Positions 18,482 through 29,072 are shown, counted from the first letter of the stretch. The stretch is 59,501 nucleotides of DNA from Candidatus Heimdallarchaeota archaeon (GCA_019057375.1 DXJF01000094.1:1-59501), one strand, 5' to 3'. Notes: generated from the sequence alone by a model not told the origin. Numbers and translations are program-made.

Positions 18482-20148
18482 TTAACTACGATCTCTCAGT
18501 TTCTTCTTCTTTTTAAGTTTAAGAAGAACGGTTACAAAGATAATTGAAGATACTAATATCATAAAATTAAAATCTATCTTTTTTGGTATTTTACTTAAAG
18601 GAAAAGGGTCTGTAGATTTTGCACTTCCATCTATAAAATATGAGCCAGTCTCATTCCAATCTGACCAATAATTACCATTTTTTTTCTTTTCATCATACCA
18701 TACGTTTTTTTCTCCATCATCATATGCTTGACTGGTACCATTTGGATTATTATTTATGAAAATATTATGATGTATAATATTATTATGAGAATCGCTAGAT
18801 ATCATAATTCCATATTCTTCATTATCTTCTAAAAGATTGTAAGTAAAAAGACCAGAATTTGCTCTCCACAATCTAATGCCCCATCTATTTTCATTACAAT
18901 TGTTTTGAGTTAAAGAATTGTTAGACCCATTCGCCTCAATCCCATCATATCCATTGTTGCTACAAGTATTTTTAATCAGAGTACATCTAGAGGAACCTAG
19001 ATATACTCCATCATTGGAATTATCATTACAAATATTATTTGTTAGTTCTGTATCATTTGATCCGTACAATCCAATACCATTCCTGTTGTTAGAACAAATG
19101 TTATCATTCATTGTTGCTCCTACAGAAGAAACCAATCTGATACCATCACCACCATTATTTGAGCATTCATTTTCAGTTAGTGTCGTACCATTCGAAGTAT
19201 CCAGATCTATACCTCGTCTAGAATTATTGTTACAGAAATTATTTATTACTAAGGCATTTTCACACAATTTAACGTATAAACCTGTATAAGTGTTAGATAA
19301 TTTCTGGTTTTCAATGACTATTTCATTACAATTAATGAATATCAACTGACCATAGATGGGTTCTGAAAAAGTAGCTTCATTCTTATTGATATAATACCCT
19401 AATTGTTTGTCATTCACTAGATTATCTTGAATCGTATAAGAGGAGTATTCTTCAACTGTTTCTTCTTGAATAAATAATCCATCATTAAAGAATTGATTAC
19501 TAATCAGAGATGAATCAGAAGAAGCTTCCAAATCGATCCCGTAATAGTTATTACAAATAATGTTATTTGTTAAAGTCGCTCCAGGGGAAGAGCGAAGTAT
19601 AAAACCTACATTGTTTTTTCTACAATTATTATTCATCAAGACTGCATCAGAAGATAAGTGTAGACGGATACCTACATTATTGTTAATACAAGTGTTGTCA
19701 ATCACTGTTGCACTAGATGAAGAATACAAGGAAATACACACACCACCTGGGTAATCGCTGCTGCAACTGCAAAAATTATTAATAATTGAAGTTGTACCTT
19801 CAGCAACATCGTAAATGTAAATGCACTGCTGATGTGTAACTACATAACAATTACGAATAACGAAGTGTTTTGTTGTGCTTCTAATAGAAATCCCAAAATA
19901 ACTTGTTGTCGTTATATTATAATTTTCAATAATATATGGTTCTTCCTCAGATCCTGTTCCTGGAAATCCATAATTTGTAAAAGTTTCATCTTGTGCGATC
20001 ATTATTGATTCATGAGAGGTATAATTAATAGTTGACTCTTCATTTGAATGACGACTATTTTCAATAAGACAATTCGTTTGAGTTTGCATTATTCCAAATA
20101 GAAATATTAACAAACAACAATTGATAACACAATTAAACTTTTTTTCAC
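18482..20148 (-). CDS. Right-handed parallel beta-helix (NosD/pectin-lyase-like) surface protein with C-terminal anchor; frameshift in the signal peptide
   Basis: Repeated NNxCxxNxxGIxLxxS units, GFPGTGSEEEPYIIE, GNYWSD and a TM plus Lys tail. A GTG at 20148 in another frame supplies MKKSLIVLSIVV, so the ORF-track start at 20113 is probably not the true start. Confidence 0.85.
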
Positions 20149-20202
20149 TTATTACACTGATATGTAGGTGACTTAAACTATTATAAAACTTGTGAGAAAT
20201 GG

Positions 20203-21243
20203 TTAAGGCTTTATAACAGTTCTAAAATGAGCTTTAAAAGCTTTTAATTGTTTATACACTTCATTGATAGCTTCAGCATCAAGAGGAACTTCATTTGTAA
20301 CAACTTTGCTTAAATCTAATTTTCCCTGTTCAGCGAGATTTAACAGAAAAGGTAATTCAGATAATAAATGGTCTGAAACTCCAATAATCTCCTTTTCTCT
20401 ACCAATCGCATCATATGAGTTCATATTAAATTTGTCTATAGTGATTCCAACCAAACCTAATCTGCCAAATCTTGCTAGAGATCTCACCCCTTGATCCATT
20501 GTCACAGGCAAACCTATCAGCTCTAACGCTACGTCAACACCATTTTTGGAGGTAAATTCCATTATTTTTTCTACAGGGTCATCGTTTTTTGCATTAATGG
20601 GAATTGCTCCTATTTCTTTAGCAGTTTCAAGTTTGATTGAATCAATATCCACTGCAAAAATTTTTCCTGCACCAAATGCTTTAGCTAGTTGCAAAGCTGA
20701 TATTCCTAATCCTCCCATTCCAAAAATTGCAATAGTTTCTCCAGATTTGAATCTAGTTTTTCGGAGTGCATGGAGTGATGTTGCTGATGAACACATCATA
20801 ACTGAAGCATGTTCGTATGAAATTGAATCAGGTAGTTTGTAAATCCCTCTTGTAGGAACTGCTATATACTCTGCATATCCTCCATCAATATCCTTGCCAA
20901 TCATTTTACCTTGTATACAGAATTGTTCAGTTCCTTGAACACAGTATTTGCACTTTCCGCAAGTTATCATATAATTGAGACAAACTCTATCTCCCTTCTG
21001 AAAGTCAGTTACATGTTCTCCTACTTCTTCAATCTCTCCTGCAACCTCATGTCCCAAAGATATTGGGAGATGACCTACAGATGAAACACCATCTCGATAA
21101 TGAACATCAGAATGACAAATGCCAGCTGCTTTTATTCGAATTAATACTTCACCAGATTTAGGTTCTGGGGTAGGAACTTCTCGATTTTCTAAATCATTAT
21201 CTATTTCAATTAGTTGAACAGCTTTCATATCACTACTTTGCAC
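20203..21243 (-). CDS. Zn-dependent alcohol dehydrogenase family
   Basis: GICHSD, GHE, CGKCKYC...C and GMGGLG motifs. Confidence 0.93.
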   Translation of the reverse strand: MQSSDMKAVQLIEIDNDLENREVPTPEPKSGEVLIRIKAAGICHSDVHYRDGVSSVGHLPISLGHEVAGEIEEVGEHVTDFQKGDRVCLNYMITCGKCKYCVQGTEQFCIQGKMIGKDIDGGYAEYIAVPTRGIYKLPDSISYEHASVMMCSSATSLHALRKTRFKSGETIAIFGMGGLGISALQLAKAFGAGKIFAVDIDSIKLETAKEIGAIPINAKNDDPVEKIMEFTSKNGVDVALELIGLPVTMDQGVRSLARFGRLGLVGITIDKFNMNSYDAIGREKEIIGVSDHLLSELPFLLNLAEQGKLDLSKVVTNEVPLDAEAINEVYKQLKAFKAHFRTVIKP

Positions 21244-21374
21244 TTATCTTATTTAAACTGTTTTTGCACAACTTGATTTTTCATCTGAACATCTCTCCTC
21301 TATCAAATAACTAGTTTTATATTCAACCCAATAAAATAGATTATATCTAAAGAATTGAATTAGGTAGTTTAGTT

Positions 21375-22709
21375 TTGAACGAAACAACAAAAATGGGGTC
21401 TATTGAGCATCCAATAGCCTTGACTCAAGAGGAAAAAAATAAAATTCGTTCCTATCGTATGGATAATGCTGCAGTTCTCTTTAGTTTTGTATGTAATAAA
21501 CGTATAACCTGCCTTTTTCGTCTATCTGCAACTTTAACAGATCCAATTAATGTGAATCTCCTTCAGAAAGCACTTGATCGGATAATTGAAAGATTCCCTT
21601 ATTACAGAGTCAATCAGAGACCTGGACTGTTTTGGTTCTATTGGGAGACAAATTTAGGTATACCCAAAGTTATTGCTGATTCTAAATATACAAGTCAAGA
21701 GATGCCTATGAGGAAAAAGGGGATTTTCCCTTTTAGAATAAGGGCTTTTCAAAATAGAATAGCAGTAGAGTTCTATCATGGTTTAACTGACGGAACAGGG
21801 GGATTAACTTTTCTTAAGGCATTAGTTGCTGAATATCTAACTTTGAAAGGGATACAAACTGATGATTGGGGAGATATTCTTCAATATAGTCAGAAACCTC
21901 TCGATGAAGAATATGAAGATGCTTTCAAGAGATACTATCAACCTATGTATCCAAAACATAAACTGCTAGAAGTAGCTTTTCGTCTCCCACATAAACTAGA
22001 ACCACTGGGAATTTTCCACATGACTACAGGAATTTCTGATGTAAAAGAAGTACTGGCAAGATCAAAGGAACTGAATGTCACCTTAACTGAATATTTAAGT
22101 GCAGTATATATTGATGCACTTCAAGAAATCTATTATGAACTCCCAGAAAAAATGCAAAAGAAATTAGCTAAACCTATTAGAATGATGATTCCTGTCAACC
22201 TAAGAAGAATCTTTCCCTCAAAGACAATGAGGAATTTTAGTTTATTTATCACCCCAGGAATTGATCCTCGATTAGGTTTTTTTTCATTTGAGGAGATTTT
22301 AGAGACTGTGTATCATTATATGAGAGTTGAAGTAAACGACCGTCACATCAGTCAGCAAATCAGACGTAATGTAAGGGGGGAACTTCATCCTTTAATGAGG
22401 ATTACTCCTTTATTCATTAAGAGAATTGGTGGAAGATTTGTCTATTCTCGTATGGGTGAAAAACTCTATTCAGGTACTATTACCAATCTTGGACGAGTAA
22501 CTATGCCAGAAGCTTTTAGCAATGAAATTGAGAATATTCAATTCTTACCAGCACCTACTCCTTCAAACAAAGCTTCTTGTGCTGTAGCTAGTTTCAAGGA
22601 TAAACTGTATATTAACTTCGGAAGAGTAATAAAAGATTCAATTGTTGAAAGAAAATTCTTTAGAAAGCTTAAAAAACAAGGAATTTCCGTGAAAATTGAA
22701 ACCAACTAG
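21375..22709 (+). CDS. CoA-dependent acyltransferase (alcohol acetyltransferase/condensation fold)
   Basis: YHGLTDG (HxxxDG) catalytic motif; MDNAAVLF, PVNLRRIFPSKTMRNF and ITNLG segments. Confidence 0.8.
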   Translation: MNETTKMGSIEHPIALTQEEKNKIRSYRMDNAAVLFSFVCNKRITCLFRLSATLTDPINVNLLQKALDRIIERFPYYRVNQRPGLFWFYWETNLGIPKVIADSKYTSQEMPMRKKGIFPFRIRAFQNRIAVEFYHGLTDGTGGLTFLKALVAEYLTLKGIQTDDWGDILQYSQKPLDEEYEDAFKRYYQPMYPKHKLLEVAFRLPHKLEPLGIFHMTTGISDVKEVLARSKELNVTLTEYLSAVYIDALQEIYYELPEKMQKKLAKPIRMMIPVNLRRIFPSKTMRNFSLFITPGIDPRLGFFSFEEILETVYHYMRVEVNDRHISQQIRRNVRGELHPLMRITPLFIKRIGGRFVYSRMGEKLYSGTITNLGRVTMPEAFSNEIENIQFLPAPTPSNKASCAVASFKDKLYINFGRVIKDSIVERKFFRKLKKQGISVKIETN

Positions 22710-22711
22710 AT

Positions 22712-23461
22712 GTGAAAAAGATGCCTTATTGTAGCAAATGTGGAGTAGAAGTTGATATCGGGATTGAAAAATGCCCTCTATGTTCATTACCAATCCAACA
22801 ATTTCCTGATGAAGAACAAAAACAACCAAGTAAAAAGAAATATCCAGATGAACCTGTAGAACATCCTGCTAAAAGGATTCTTACACCTAAAGAAAAACGG
22901 ATTAGAGCTTGGGAAATAATTAGTGCGTCTATTATGATACCTCTCCTGATTGTCACATTTACTGATTTAATTATTGCAGAAACTATAAGCTGGGCAAGAT
23001 TTCCTATGATTGCTCTTATTCTAGTGTGGTTGTTATGTACATTTCCTCTAGTTTTTCCAACAAGACCAGTAATTATGATCATAGGCATAGCCATTTCTTT
23101 AATTGGTTTTCTAGTACTTGTAGATTACTTTGCTGACTGGGATATTGATTGGTTTTACAAATTAGCTTTACCAATTATAGCACTTGTTCTGTTTCTGTCA
23201 GTAGCTGTTGTTATTGTTTCAACAAAAGTTAAGAAAAAGGGAATGAACATTGCAGCTTTTATTCTCTTTGCTGCTGGTATACTCAATCTTGGCTTGGATT
23301 TAATAATAATGAGTACAATTCAGCATAAGGTCACTGTCACTTGGTCACTTTTTGTTCTGGTTCCAACTTTCATTATTGGTGGTTTCTTAATGTATATGCA
23401 TTATAGATTCACCAAAGATACCGATTTCAAAACAAAGATTAAAGCCAAATTTCAGATGTAA
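22712..23461 (+). CDS. Zn-ribbon plus 6-TM membrane protein (resembles DUF6320, the usual partner of the acyltransferase)
   Basis: YCSKCGVEV...CPLC N-terminus followed by hydrophobic helices; starts 2 nt after the acyltransferase stop. Confidence 0.75.
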   Translation: MKKMPYCSKCGVEVDIGIEKCPLCSLPIQQFPDEEQKQPSKKKYPDEPVEHPAKRILTPKEKRIRAWEIISASIMIPLLIVTFTDLIIAETISWARFPMIALILVWLLCTFPLVFPTRPVIMIIGIAISLIGFLVLVDYFADWDIDWFYKLALPIIALVLFLSVAVVIVSTKVKKKGMNIAAFILFAAGILNLGLDLIIMSTIQHKVTVTWSLFVLVPTFIIGGFLMYMHYRFTKDTDFKTKIKAKFQM

Positions 23462-23471
23462 AATCTATTAC

Positions 23472-24869
23472 TTATTTCCATTCATCTAGTGATTGTTCGA
23501 GGTATTTTACTCCCTCTTCTTCATGATTTTTCAGGCTTTTAATTAAATTTACTCCTTTGCTTACGCTTTCCTTTGTAAATACACCACCATAAATAAGTGG
23601 AAATAATTCTTGTAATTTTTCATAGATTTCTACGACTTCTAGATATTCTTTAACAGCTTTATCAAGTGCAGCTTGTTGTGATTGATTTCTATATGTGTTA
23701 CTGAGTTTCTTGAGATATATGACTACACTCTTCTTACTTGCTAGAAATGTTTGAATTAAATATGCATTACCAAAATATTTTGTTCCTTGATCAATTTCAT
23801 TTTCAAGTAAATATATCCATTTATCAAATGCACGTAAACCTGTAATATGTCCTTCTCTACCATACCTATTTACTTTTGATATAGAAACAGCTCTTCTGAT
23901 AGATTCTTTATAATCTACATCATTTATCTTTTCTTTTGAAACATCTATAAGAAATAATGCTCCAAGTGCACCATCTGCATTTATTTTGTTATATGGAATC
24001 TGATTCTCAAATCTGTCTTCTATTCTGCGAAAAGTACTCACAATATAATTTTCATCTTTATAGCCCTTAACTATCCCCCATTCAGGTACTGGAATTCCCC
24101 ATAGCACAACGGGTCTATCTTTATCAATTTCTCTTTTAGTCAGTTTTAGGAGTTTTTGTGCTCTTTCCTCGTCTTTAGCAGATAAAGGTTTTGTAGGGTC
24201 TGAGGGAAAAGTACCTATATCTGTATATCTTTGAAACACCCATCCTGAATTTGAGATAATCTCTAGAATGCTTTTTGTAAGAGTATGTCCACTTGGAGCT
24301 GTTACCCATAATCTATTTTGATCAATGATGGTTAGAAAACAAAGCCCAGTTAAACCCGCTAATTCATCAATCGTTATTTTAGATCCCAAAGCTTTCATAA
24401 TTCCAGAAATTGCCCCAAGTAGAGTTAAATTGTGTGGTATAAACTCTGGGTCACTTGAAACAAGTGTCACTTTAGAAGTAATGTTTTCTTCTAATCCATA
24501 ATCTAAAAAGAATCTTTTTTGTAGCGACTTAGCTATTTCTATTGTTCTTATTGATGATGAAGAGTATGTTTTCATTATGCTCTTAAGAATATCTCTTGCA
24601 TCTTGAGTTATCTCATACTCTCCTCTATCAATTTTGTTTATTAAACCATTATTTAATAGCACATTTAGATGATGTGCCAAAGCTGTTTTCTTCAGAGCTG
24701 TTTTTTCTTCCAAGAAGGAGAATTTCTTTTGACCATCTAGGAGGTGTGTAAGTATTATGATTCTCTTCTTATGCCCAAGACTATTGAGTAAATCAGCTAG
24801 ACTATCTAGGTTGTCAACAATCTCTTTTTGCAACTCTTCATTGTCTTCTTGATTATTCATATTTAACAT
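23472..24869 (-). CDS. ArsR-like winged-helix regulator fused to a large C-terminal domain (BtrH/papain-like, probably inactive)
   Basis: LGHKKRIIIL...FSFL...LAHHLNVLLNNGLI HTH; later RPVVLWGIPVPEWGIVKGY segment. Confidence 0.7.
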   Translation of the reverse strand: MLNMNNQEDNEELQKEIVDNLDSLADLLNSLGHKKRIIILTHLLDGQKKFSFLEEKTALKKTALAHHLNVLLNNGLINKIDRGEYEITQDARDILKSIMKTYSSSSIRTIEIAKSLQKRFFLDYGLEENITSKVTLVSSDPEFIPHNLTLLGAISGIMKALGSKITIDELAGLTGLCFLTIIDQNRLWVTAPSGHTLTKSILEIISNSGWVFQRYTDIGTFPSDPTKPLSAKDEERAQKLLKLTKREIDKDRPVVLWGIPVPEWGIVKGYKDENYIVSTFRRIEDRFENQIPYNKINADGALGALFLIDVSKEKINDVDYKESIRRAVSISKVNRYGREGHITGLRAFDKWIYLLENEIDQGTKYFGNAYLIQTFLASKKSVVIYLKKLSNTYRNQSQQAALDKAVKEYLEVVEIYEKLQELFPLIYGGVFTKESVSKGVNLIKSLKNHEEEGVKYLEQSLDEWK

Positions 24870-24910
24870 CTATGCTTTTTATATAGATAAAAGAATGTTG
24901 GCTCCCTATT

Positions 24911-26362
24911 TTATATTTTTTTGACCTTCTCCTTCCAATTAAATTCATCAATTGAGATATTTTTCTCTTCTTGTCTTTTTGCTATCCTGTTAGAGATAAC
25001 ATCTATTTTATCAATATTTGATTTCTTTCTTTCTATTTCTTTCTTTTGAAGCTTTATTAAATTTTCATCTTGATTGTTATACCTAAGGACCATACAAGAA
25101 GCTATATACTCTTTTACTTTGAAATTACTTATATTCAATCTCCCTTTGAAAATATAGTTTACAATAGCTATTTGTAGAACTAAACCAAATACTACAGAAA
25201 CGATAACTAGAAAATTGATTTCTAGTTCCAGAAATATCAACAAAGAATGGAATATTCCATAGAAACTTGATATCAAGGATGATGGAACGAAGACAAAAAG
25301 CAGAAAGAAGTTTACTAAACTGGTTTTTAGAATTAATCCTTTCTTCACTAAAAGATCAACTATTATCATATTGAATAAATATATCAAAAATGAAACTGTA
25401 AATGCCATTGTAGTGAAAGTCATTACATAGTTAGAAACTAAATAGAAGTAAACATTAAGAGAAGCTAGGATTCCAATTACTATAGCAGTAACCCCAATCT
25501 TTCCTATTTTTACTTCTCTTGTTTTCCTTTGTAGCATCTTTCTAGTAATCTGATAACTTTCATATTTCTCTTCAGATGACTCACGCTCATCAATTGATAT
25601 TCTTGCTTTCACAGGAGTTACTGTTTTCCTTTCTCTGAAGGTTTTTTTCCTCTTTATAATTTTGAGACCAATTCTTTTTCCTTTGACCAAAAAACTTCTG
25701 ATTATTAGAATATCATAAATGATTTTGAAACTTATTATGATGATTAGTACTGATTCAATGACACCATCAAATATGAAGATGATATTAGTTAGAATAAAAT
25801 CATTAACGAGTGAAGCCATCCCCCCTAGAATAGCTGTTAGTATGTAAAATCCTCCATAAAGTAGATATAGAAACCCACCAATTGGAAGATTTGATCGAAC
25901 TCTAATTTTCATGAAAGCCTTGTAAAGATAGTAGAAACCAAGAATTCTGGCAATAATTATTGTGAATCCGACAAAGCTTGATACCATTGGCCAACCCATT
26001 AGTACAAGATTGAGAAGAACTGTTAAAGCATAACAAAGTAACCACCAAGATGCTTGTCCAGCATTTTTTCTTGGCATTTCAACAAAGGCTGTTTCAGATA
26101 ATTTTCTAAAACCTATTGCTATAGGTACTAAGCAAGATACAGTAAACCCAAAAAGTAAGTACCCCAGAACCGGTTGAGTATATGACCATCCTTTAAAATA
26201 TTCGTCTGTGAAATTTAATAATCCTGAAACGAGAAACAACAAACATCCACTTATAATCATTATTGATAAACGGTTAACTTTCTGTTGGAAAGAACTATCC
26301 TCTCTCTTAGAGATTTTCATTACTGATTCAATCATTCCTATATTTTCTATCTGTGTCATCAT
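24911..26362 (-). CDS. Polytopic membrane protein, unknown function
   Basis: Two hydrophobic helix blocks separated by a charged linker. Confidence 0.75.
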   Translation of the reverse strand: MMTQIENIGMIESVMKISKREDSSFQQKVNRLSIMIISGCLLFLVSGLLNFTDEYFKGWSYTQPVLGYLLFGFTVSCLVPIAIGFRKLSETAFVEMPRKNAGQASWWLLCYALTVLLNLVLMGWPMVSSFVGFTIIIARILGFYYLYKAFMKIRVRSNLPIGGFLYLLYGGFYILTAILGGMASLVNDFILTNIIFIFDGVIESVLIIIISFKIIYDILIIRSFLVKGKRIGLKIIKRKKTFRERKTVTPVKARISIDERESSEEKYESYQITRKMLQRKTREVKIGKIGVTAIVIGILASLNVYFYLVSNYVMTFTTMAFTVSFLIYLFNMIIVDLLVKKGLILKTSLVNFFLLFVFVPSSLISSFYGIFHSLLIFLELEINFLVIVSVVFGLVLQIAIVNYIFKGRLNISNFKVKEYIASCMVLRYNNQDENLIKLQKKEIERKKSNIDKIDVISNRIAKRQEEKNISIDEFNWKEKVKKI

Positions 26363-26417
26363 CTAGAGCTCAACACTATGCACTTATAAATAATTCTAAT
26401 GTGATTGAACAAATGAC

Positions 26418-26645
26418 CTAAAAAAACTGAATATTTCTTTTGTTTTGGTCATCTAGTAAATAACGTATGGTTTGATATCTACAACAATAAGGGAAAATTA
26501 CTTCAACATATTGGCAATTGGAGATAGAGCTGTTTCCTGCAAAGTTTCCTGCAACAATGACATAGTAGTAGAAGCCTTCAGAGGGTAAAGTATCGATATA
26601 GTCACTGGAAGAAACAGTAGTAGTAGGTACGAGGTCTTCAATTAA
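26418..26645 (-). pseudogene. Start-less fragment of a fibronectin-III-like surface-protein domain
   Basis: Own translation: LIEDLVPTTTVSSSDYIDTLPSEGFYYYVIVAGNFAGNSSISNCQYVEV; in-frame stop upstream and no start codon. Confidence 0.6.
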
Positions 26646-26681
26646 CTTTCTCCTTTAACCACCAAGAAAGACAAAATTCAT

Positions 26682-27998
26682 ATGAAAGTAAAGCATTGTA
26701 AAACTATGAAAGCAATAATCAATGTTAAAATATATGATTATGAGACCTATATAGAAAACGGTTTTTGCATTTATGGTAAGGAAATCATCGAATCTGGTGA
26801 CATGCAAGATTTTCCTGATTTTGATGGTGAAATCATTGATGGAAAAAACAAGATTCTTCTTCCTGGTTTCATTAATTTTCACACCCATATCTATTCTACA
26901 CTTGTTCGAGGAGCTTCCATTCCTTTTAATCCCAAGAGTTTCAGAGACATTTTAGAACAACTTTGGTGGAAGTTTGATAGTAAGTTAGATAATACCTCTA
27001 CTTTTCATAGTGCTCTCGTTTATGGTTTAGAATCATTGAAAAGTGGTGTAACTTCATTAATAGACCATCATGCAAGTGGAATAGACCTTATTGGTAGTCT
27101 TGAGGCTCTGAAGAAAGCAATTGTTGATAAGCTCGGTATGCGTGGAATTTTCTGTTTTGAAACCAGTGATCGGTTTAATATTGATGAGTGCATTGAAGAA
27201 AACCTTGCTGGACTGAAATATGATTCTTTTGACGCCAAAGGAATGTTTGGCTTGCACGCTTCGATGAGTCTTTCAGAAGAAACTCTTGATAAAGTATCAA
27301 GGGTTCTGGATGGAGCTCCTATCCATGTTCATGTTGCTGAAAGTATAGAAGATGAAGATGATTCTCTAGAAAGATACAAAACAAGAGTTATTGATCGATA
27401 TCTGAAGTATGGGCTTTTGAACAAGGATTCTATTCTCGCTCACTGTGTTCATATTGACGAAGATGAAGCTAAATACATACGTCAAAACAAAGCTGTCATT
27501 GCACTCAACCCAACATCCAATATGAATAATGCAGTAGGTGCTTTCAACATTGACATCTTTCGAGATAACAATATCCAGATACTCATTGGTAATGATGGTC
27601 TAGGAACTAATATCGCAAAGGAATGGACTTATTTCTTCTTTGCAGGTAAAGCTGGAATCAAAGATGCAGCAGGAATTGGTTTTGATGAGTTGCTCAACTA
27701 CATTAATGACTCTTATGAATACTTTGGACGTCAACTAGGTATTAAAATTGGAAAAATCAAGCAGGGGTATGTAGCTGATTTTGTTCTCGTTCCTTATCTC
27801 AATCCTACAGATATGGATAGAAATAACGCTTTTGGTCATGTTTTCTTTGGATTGTTTGAAAATTTCAAACCTTCATGTGTAATAGTTAAAGGAAAAACCC
27901 TTATCCAAAATTACAAGAGCATTTTTGATGAGGAAAAATTATATAAGGACGCTCATATGGCATCTAAAGCCTTATGGGAAAGGTTAGGTGATGCTTAA
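26682..27998 (+). CDS. ssnA: SsnA-like amidohydrolase (likely start ATG 26706)
   Basis: PGFINFHTHIYSTLVRG, ILEQLWWKFD, GVTSLIDHHAS, FETSDR, GLHAS, HVAES and GNDG motifs. Confidence 0.9.
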   Translation: MKVKHCKTMKAIINVKIYDYETYIENGFCIYGKEIIESGDMQDFPDFDGEIIDGKNKILLPGFINFHTHIYSTLVRGASIPFNPKSFRDILEQLWWKFDSKLDNTSTFHSALVYGLESLKSGVTSLIDHHASGIDLIGSLEALKKAIVDKLGMRGIFCFETSDRFNIDECIEENLAGLKYDSFDAKGMFGLHASMSLSEETLDKVSRVLDGAPIHVHVAESIEDEDDSLERYKTRVIDRYLKYGLLNKDSILAHCVHIDEDEAKYIRQNKAVIALNPTSNMNNAVGAFNIDIFRDNNIQILIGNDGLGTNIAKEWTYFFFAGKAGIKDAAGIGFDELLNYINDSYEYFGRQLGIKIGKIKQGYVADFVLVPYLNPTDMDRNNAFGHVFFGLFENFKPSCVIVKGKTLIQNYKSIFDEEKLYKDAHMASKALWERLGDA

Positions 27999-29072
27999 AT
28001 GGATCTTTCAGTTAATTTACTAGGCTTGCATTTCGAAAATCCTCTGGGGCCAGCAGCAGGACCTATTGTTGAAGGTCTTGAAAATATGCAGTTTTTCAAT
28101 AATAATTTGTGTGGTTATAATGTCGCAAAGACAATTTCAGTTGAAGGAGCAATAGTTCCGAAACCTTGTATTGCAGGAACAACTACAACTATTTACAATT
28201 GTGAACTATGGTCTGAACTGCACTCAGATGAATGGATAAATGAAATTCTTCCTACAATTCACAAAGAGAAGAAAAAACCAATAGTCATAAGTGCAGGTTA
28301 TCAAGAAGAAGATTTTAGATATCTAATTCCAAAACTTGATCCTTATGCAGATATGTTTGAGATTTCAACTCACTATGTGAAAGAAAATCTTGCTGGTATA
28401 GTCAAGAGTATTCGAGAAAATACTGACAAACCGGTTTTTATGAAACTCAGTCCTCATGTAGATGATTTTCTAGGATTTGTTAAAACAGTGATTGATGCTG
28501 GAGCAACAGGGATTGTTGCCATAAATTCGTTGGGACCAGGAACTGCGATAGATTTGAAAAACCGCTCAGTTCTTCTAGCAGAGCAAATATGGATGAGTGG
28601 TCCTTCTATCAAGCCTATTGCAATTCATAGAATTTATAACATTAGGAAAGCGTATCCAGATATTCCAATTATCGGTGTAGGAGGAATAGGAAAGGCTGAA
28701 GATGTTATTGAATTCATACTTGCAGGAGCAGATTTAGTACAAATGCTCTCCTCAGCTCTGATCAAAGGAAGACGATTATATGATAAAATAATAAAGGACC
28801 TCCCAAAAGCACTTGAAAAGTATGGTTTTTCCTCAATTGAAGAGATTAGGGAAGTTAGAAGGAGCACTGTTTTCAAAGAAGTAGATACAGCTGTAGATAA
28901 CTATCCATCCTTTAACGAAAGATGTAACATGTGTATGCTATGTGTTCGTATCTGTCCAGCTGGAGCTTTAACTGCAGAAGAAACCATAATCGTAGATAAA
29001 GAGAAATGTATCCACTGTGGTTTATGTGAATCTCGATGTCCACAGGATGCAATATATGGAGTGCTTAGATGA
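27999..29072 (+). CDS. Dihydroorotate/dihydropyrimidine-dehydrogenase-like FMN enzyme with C-terminal 2x[4Fe-4S] (PreA-like)
   Basis: NPLGPAAGP, KPVFMKLSP, AINS, MSGPSIKP and IIGVGGI; CNMCMLCVRICP and CIHCGLCESRCP ferredoxin motifs. Confidence 0.9.
   Translation: MDLSVNLLGLHFENPLGPAAGPIVEGLENMQFFNNNLCGYNVAKTISVEGAIVPKPCIAGTTTTIYNCELWSELHSDEWINEILPTIHKEKKKPIVISAGYQEEDFRYLIPKLDPYADMFEISTHYVKENLAGIVKSIRENTDKPVFMKLSPHVDDFLGFVKTVIDAGATGIVAINSLGPGTAIDLKNRSVLLAEQIWMSGPSIKPIAIHRIYNIRKAYPDIPIIGVGGIGKAEDVIEFILAGADLVQMLSSALIKGRRLYDKIIKDLPKALEKYGFSSIEEIREVRRSTVFKEVDTAVDNYPSFNERCNMCMLCVRICPAGALTAEETIIVDKEKCIHCGLCESRCPQDAIYGVLR

Noticed and set aside
18440-26710. Weak resemblance between the hyuA 3' end and the sequence upstream of ssnA, as a third insertion scar
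   Set aside because: Only about 17/30 matches in very AT-rich sequence, which is not distinguishable from chance.
15333-29072. ATCase-like, dihydroorotase-like and DHODH-like genes read as a de novo pyrimidine (pyrB/pyrC/pyrD) set
   Set aside because: The ATCase paralogue lacks aspartate-binding residues; there is no pyrI, pyrE, pyrF, pyrK or carAB; and the genes are coupled to ygeW, ssnA and xdh, which indicates catabolism.
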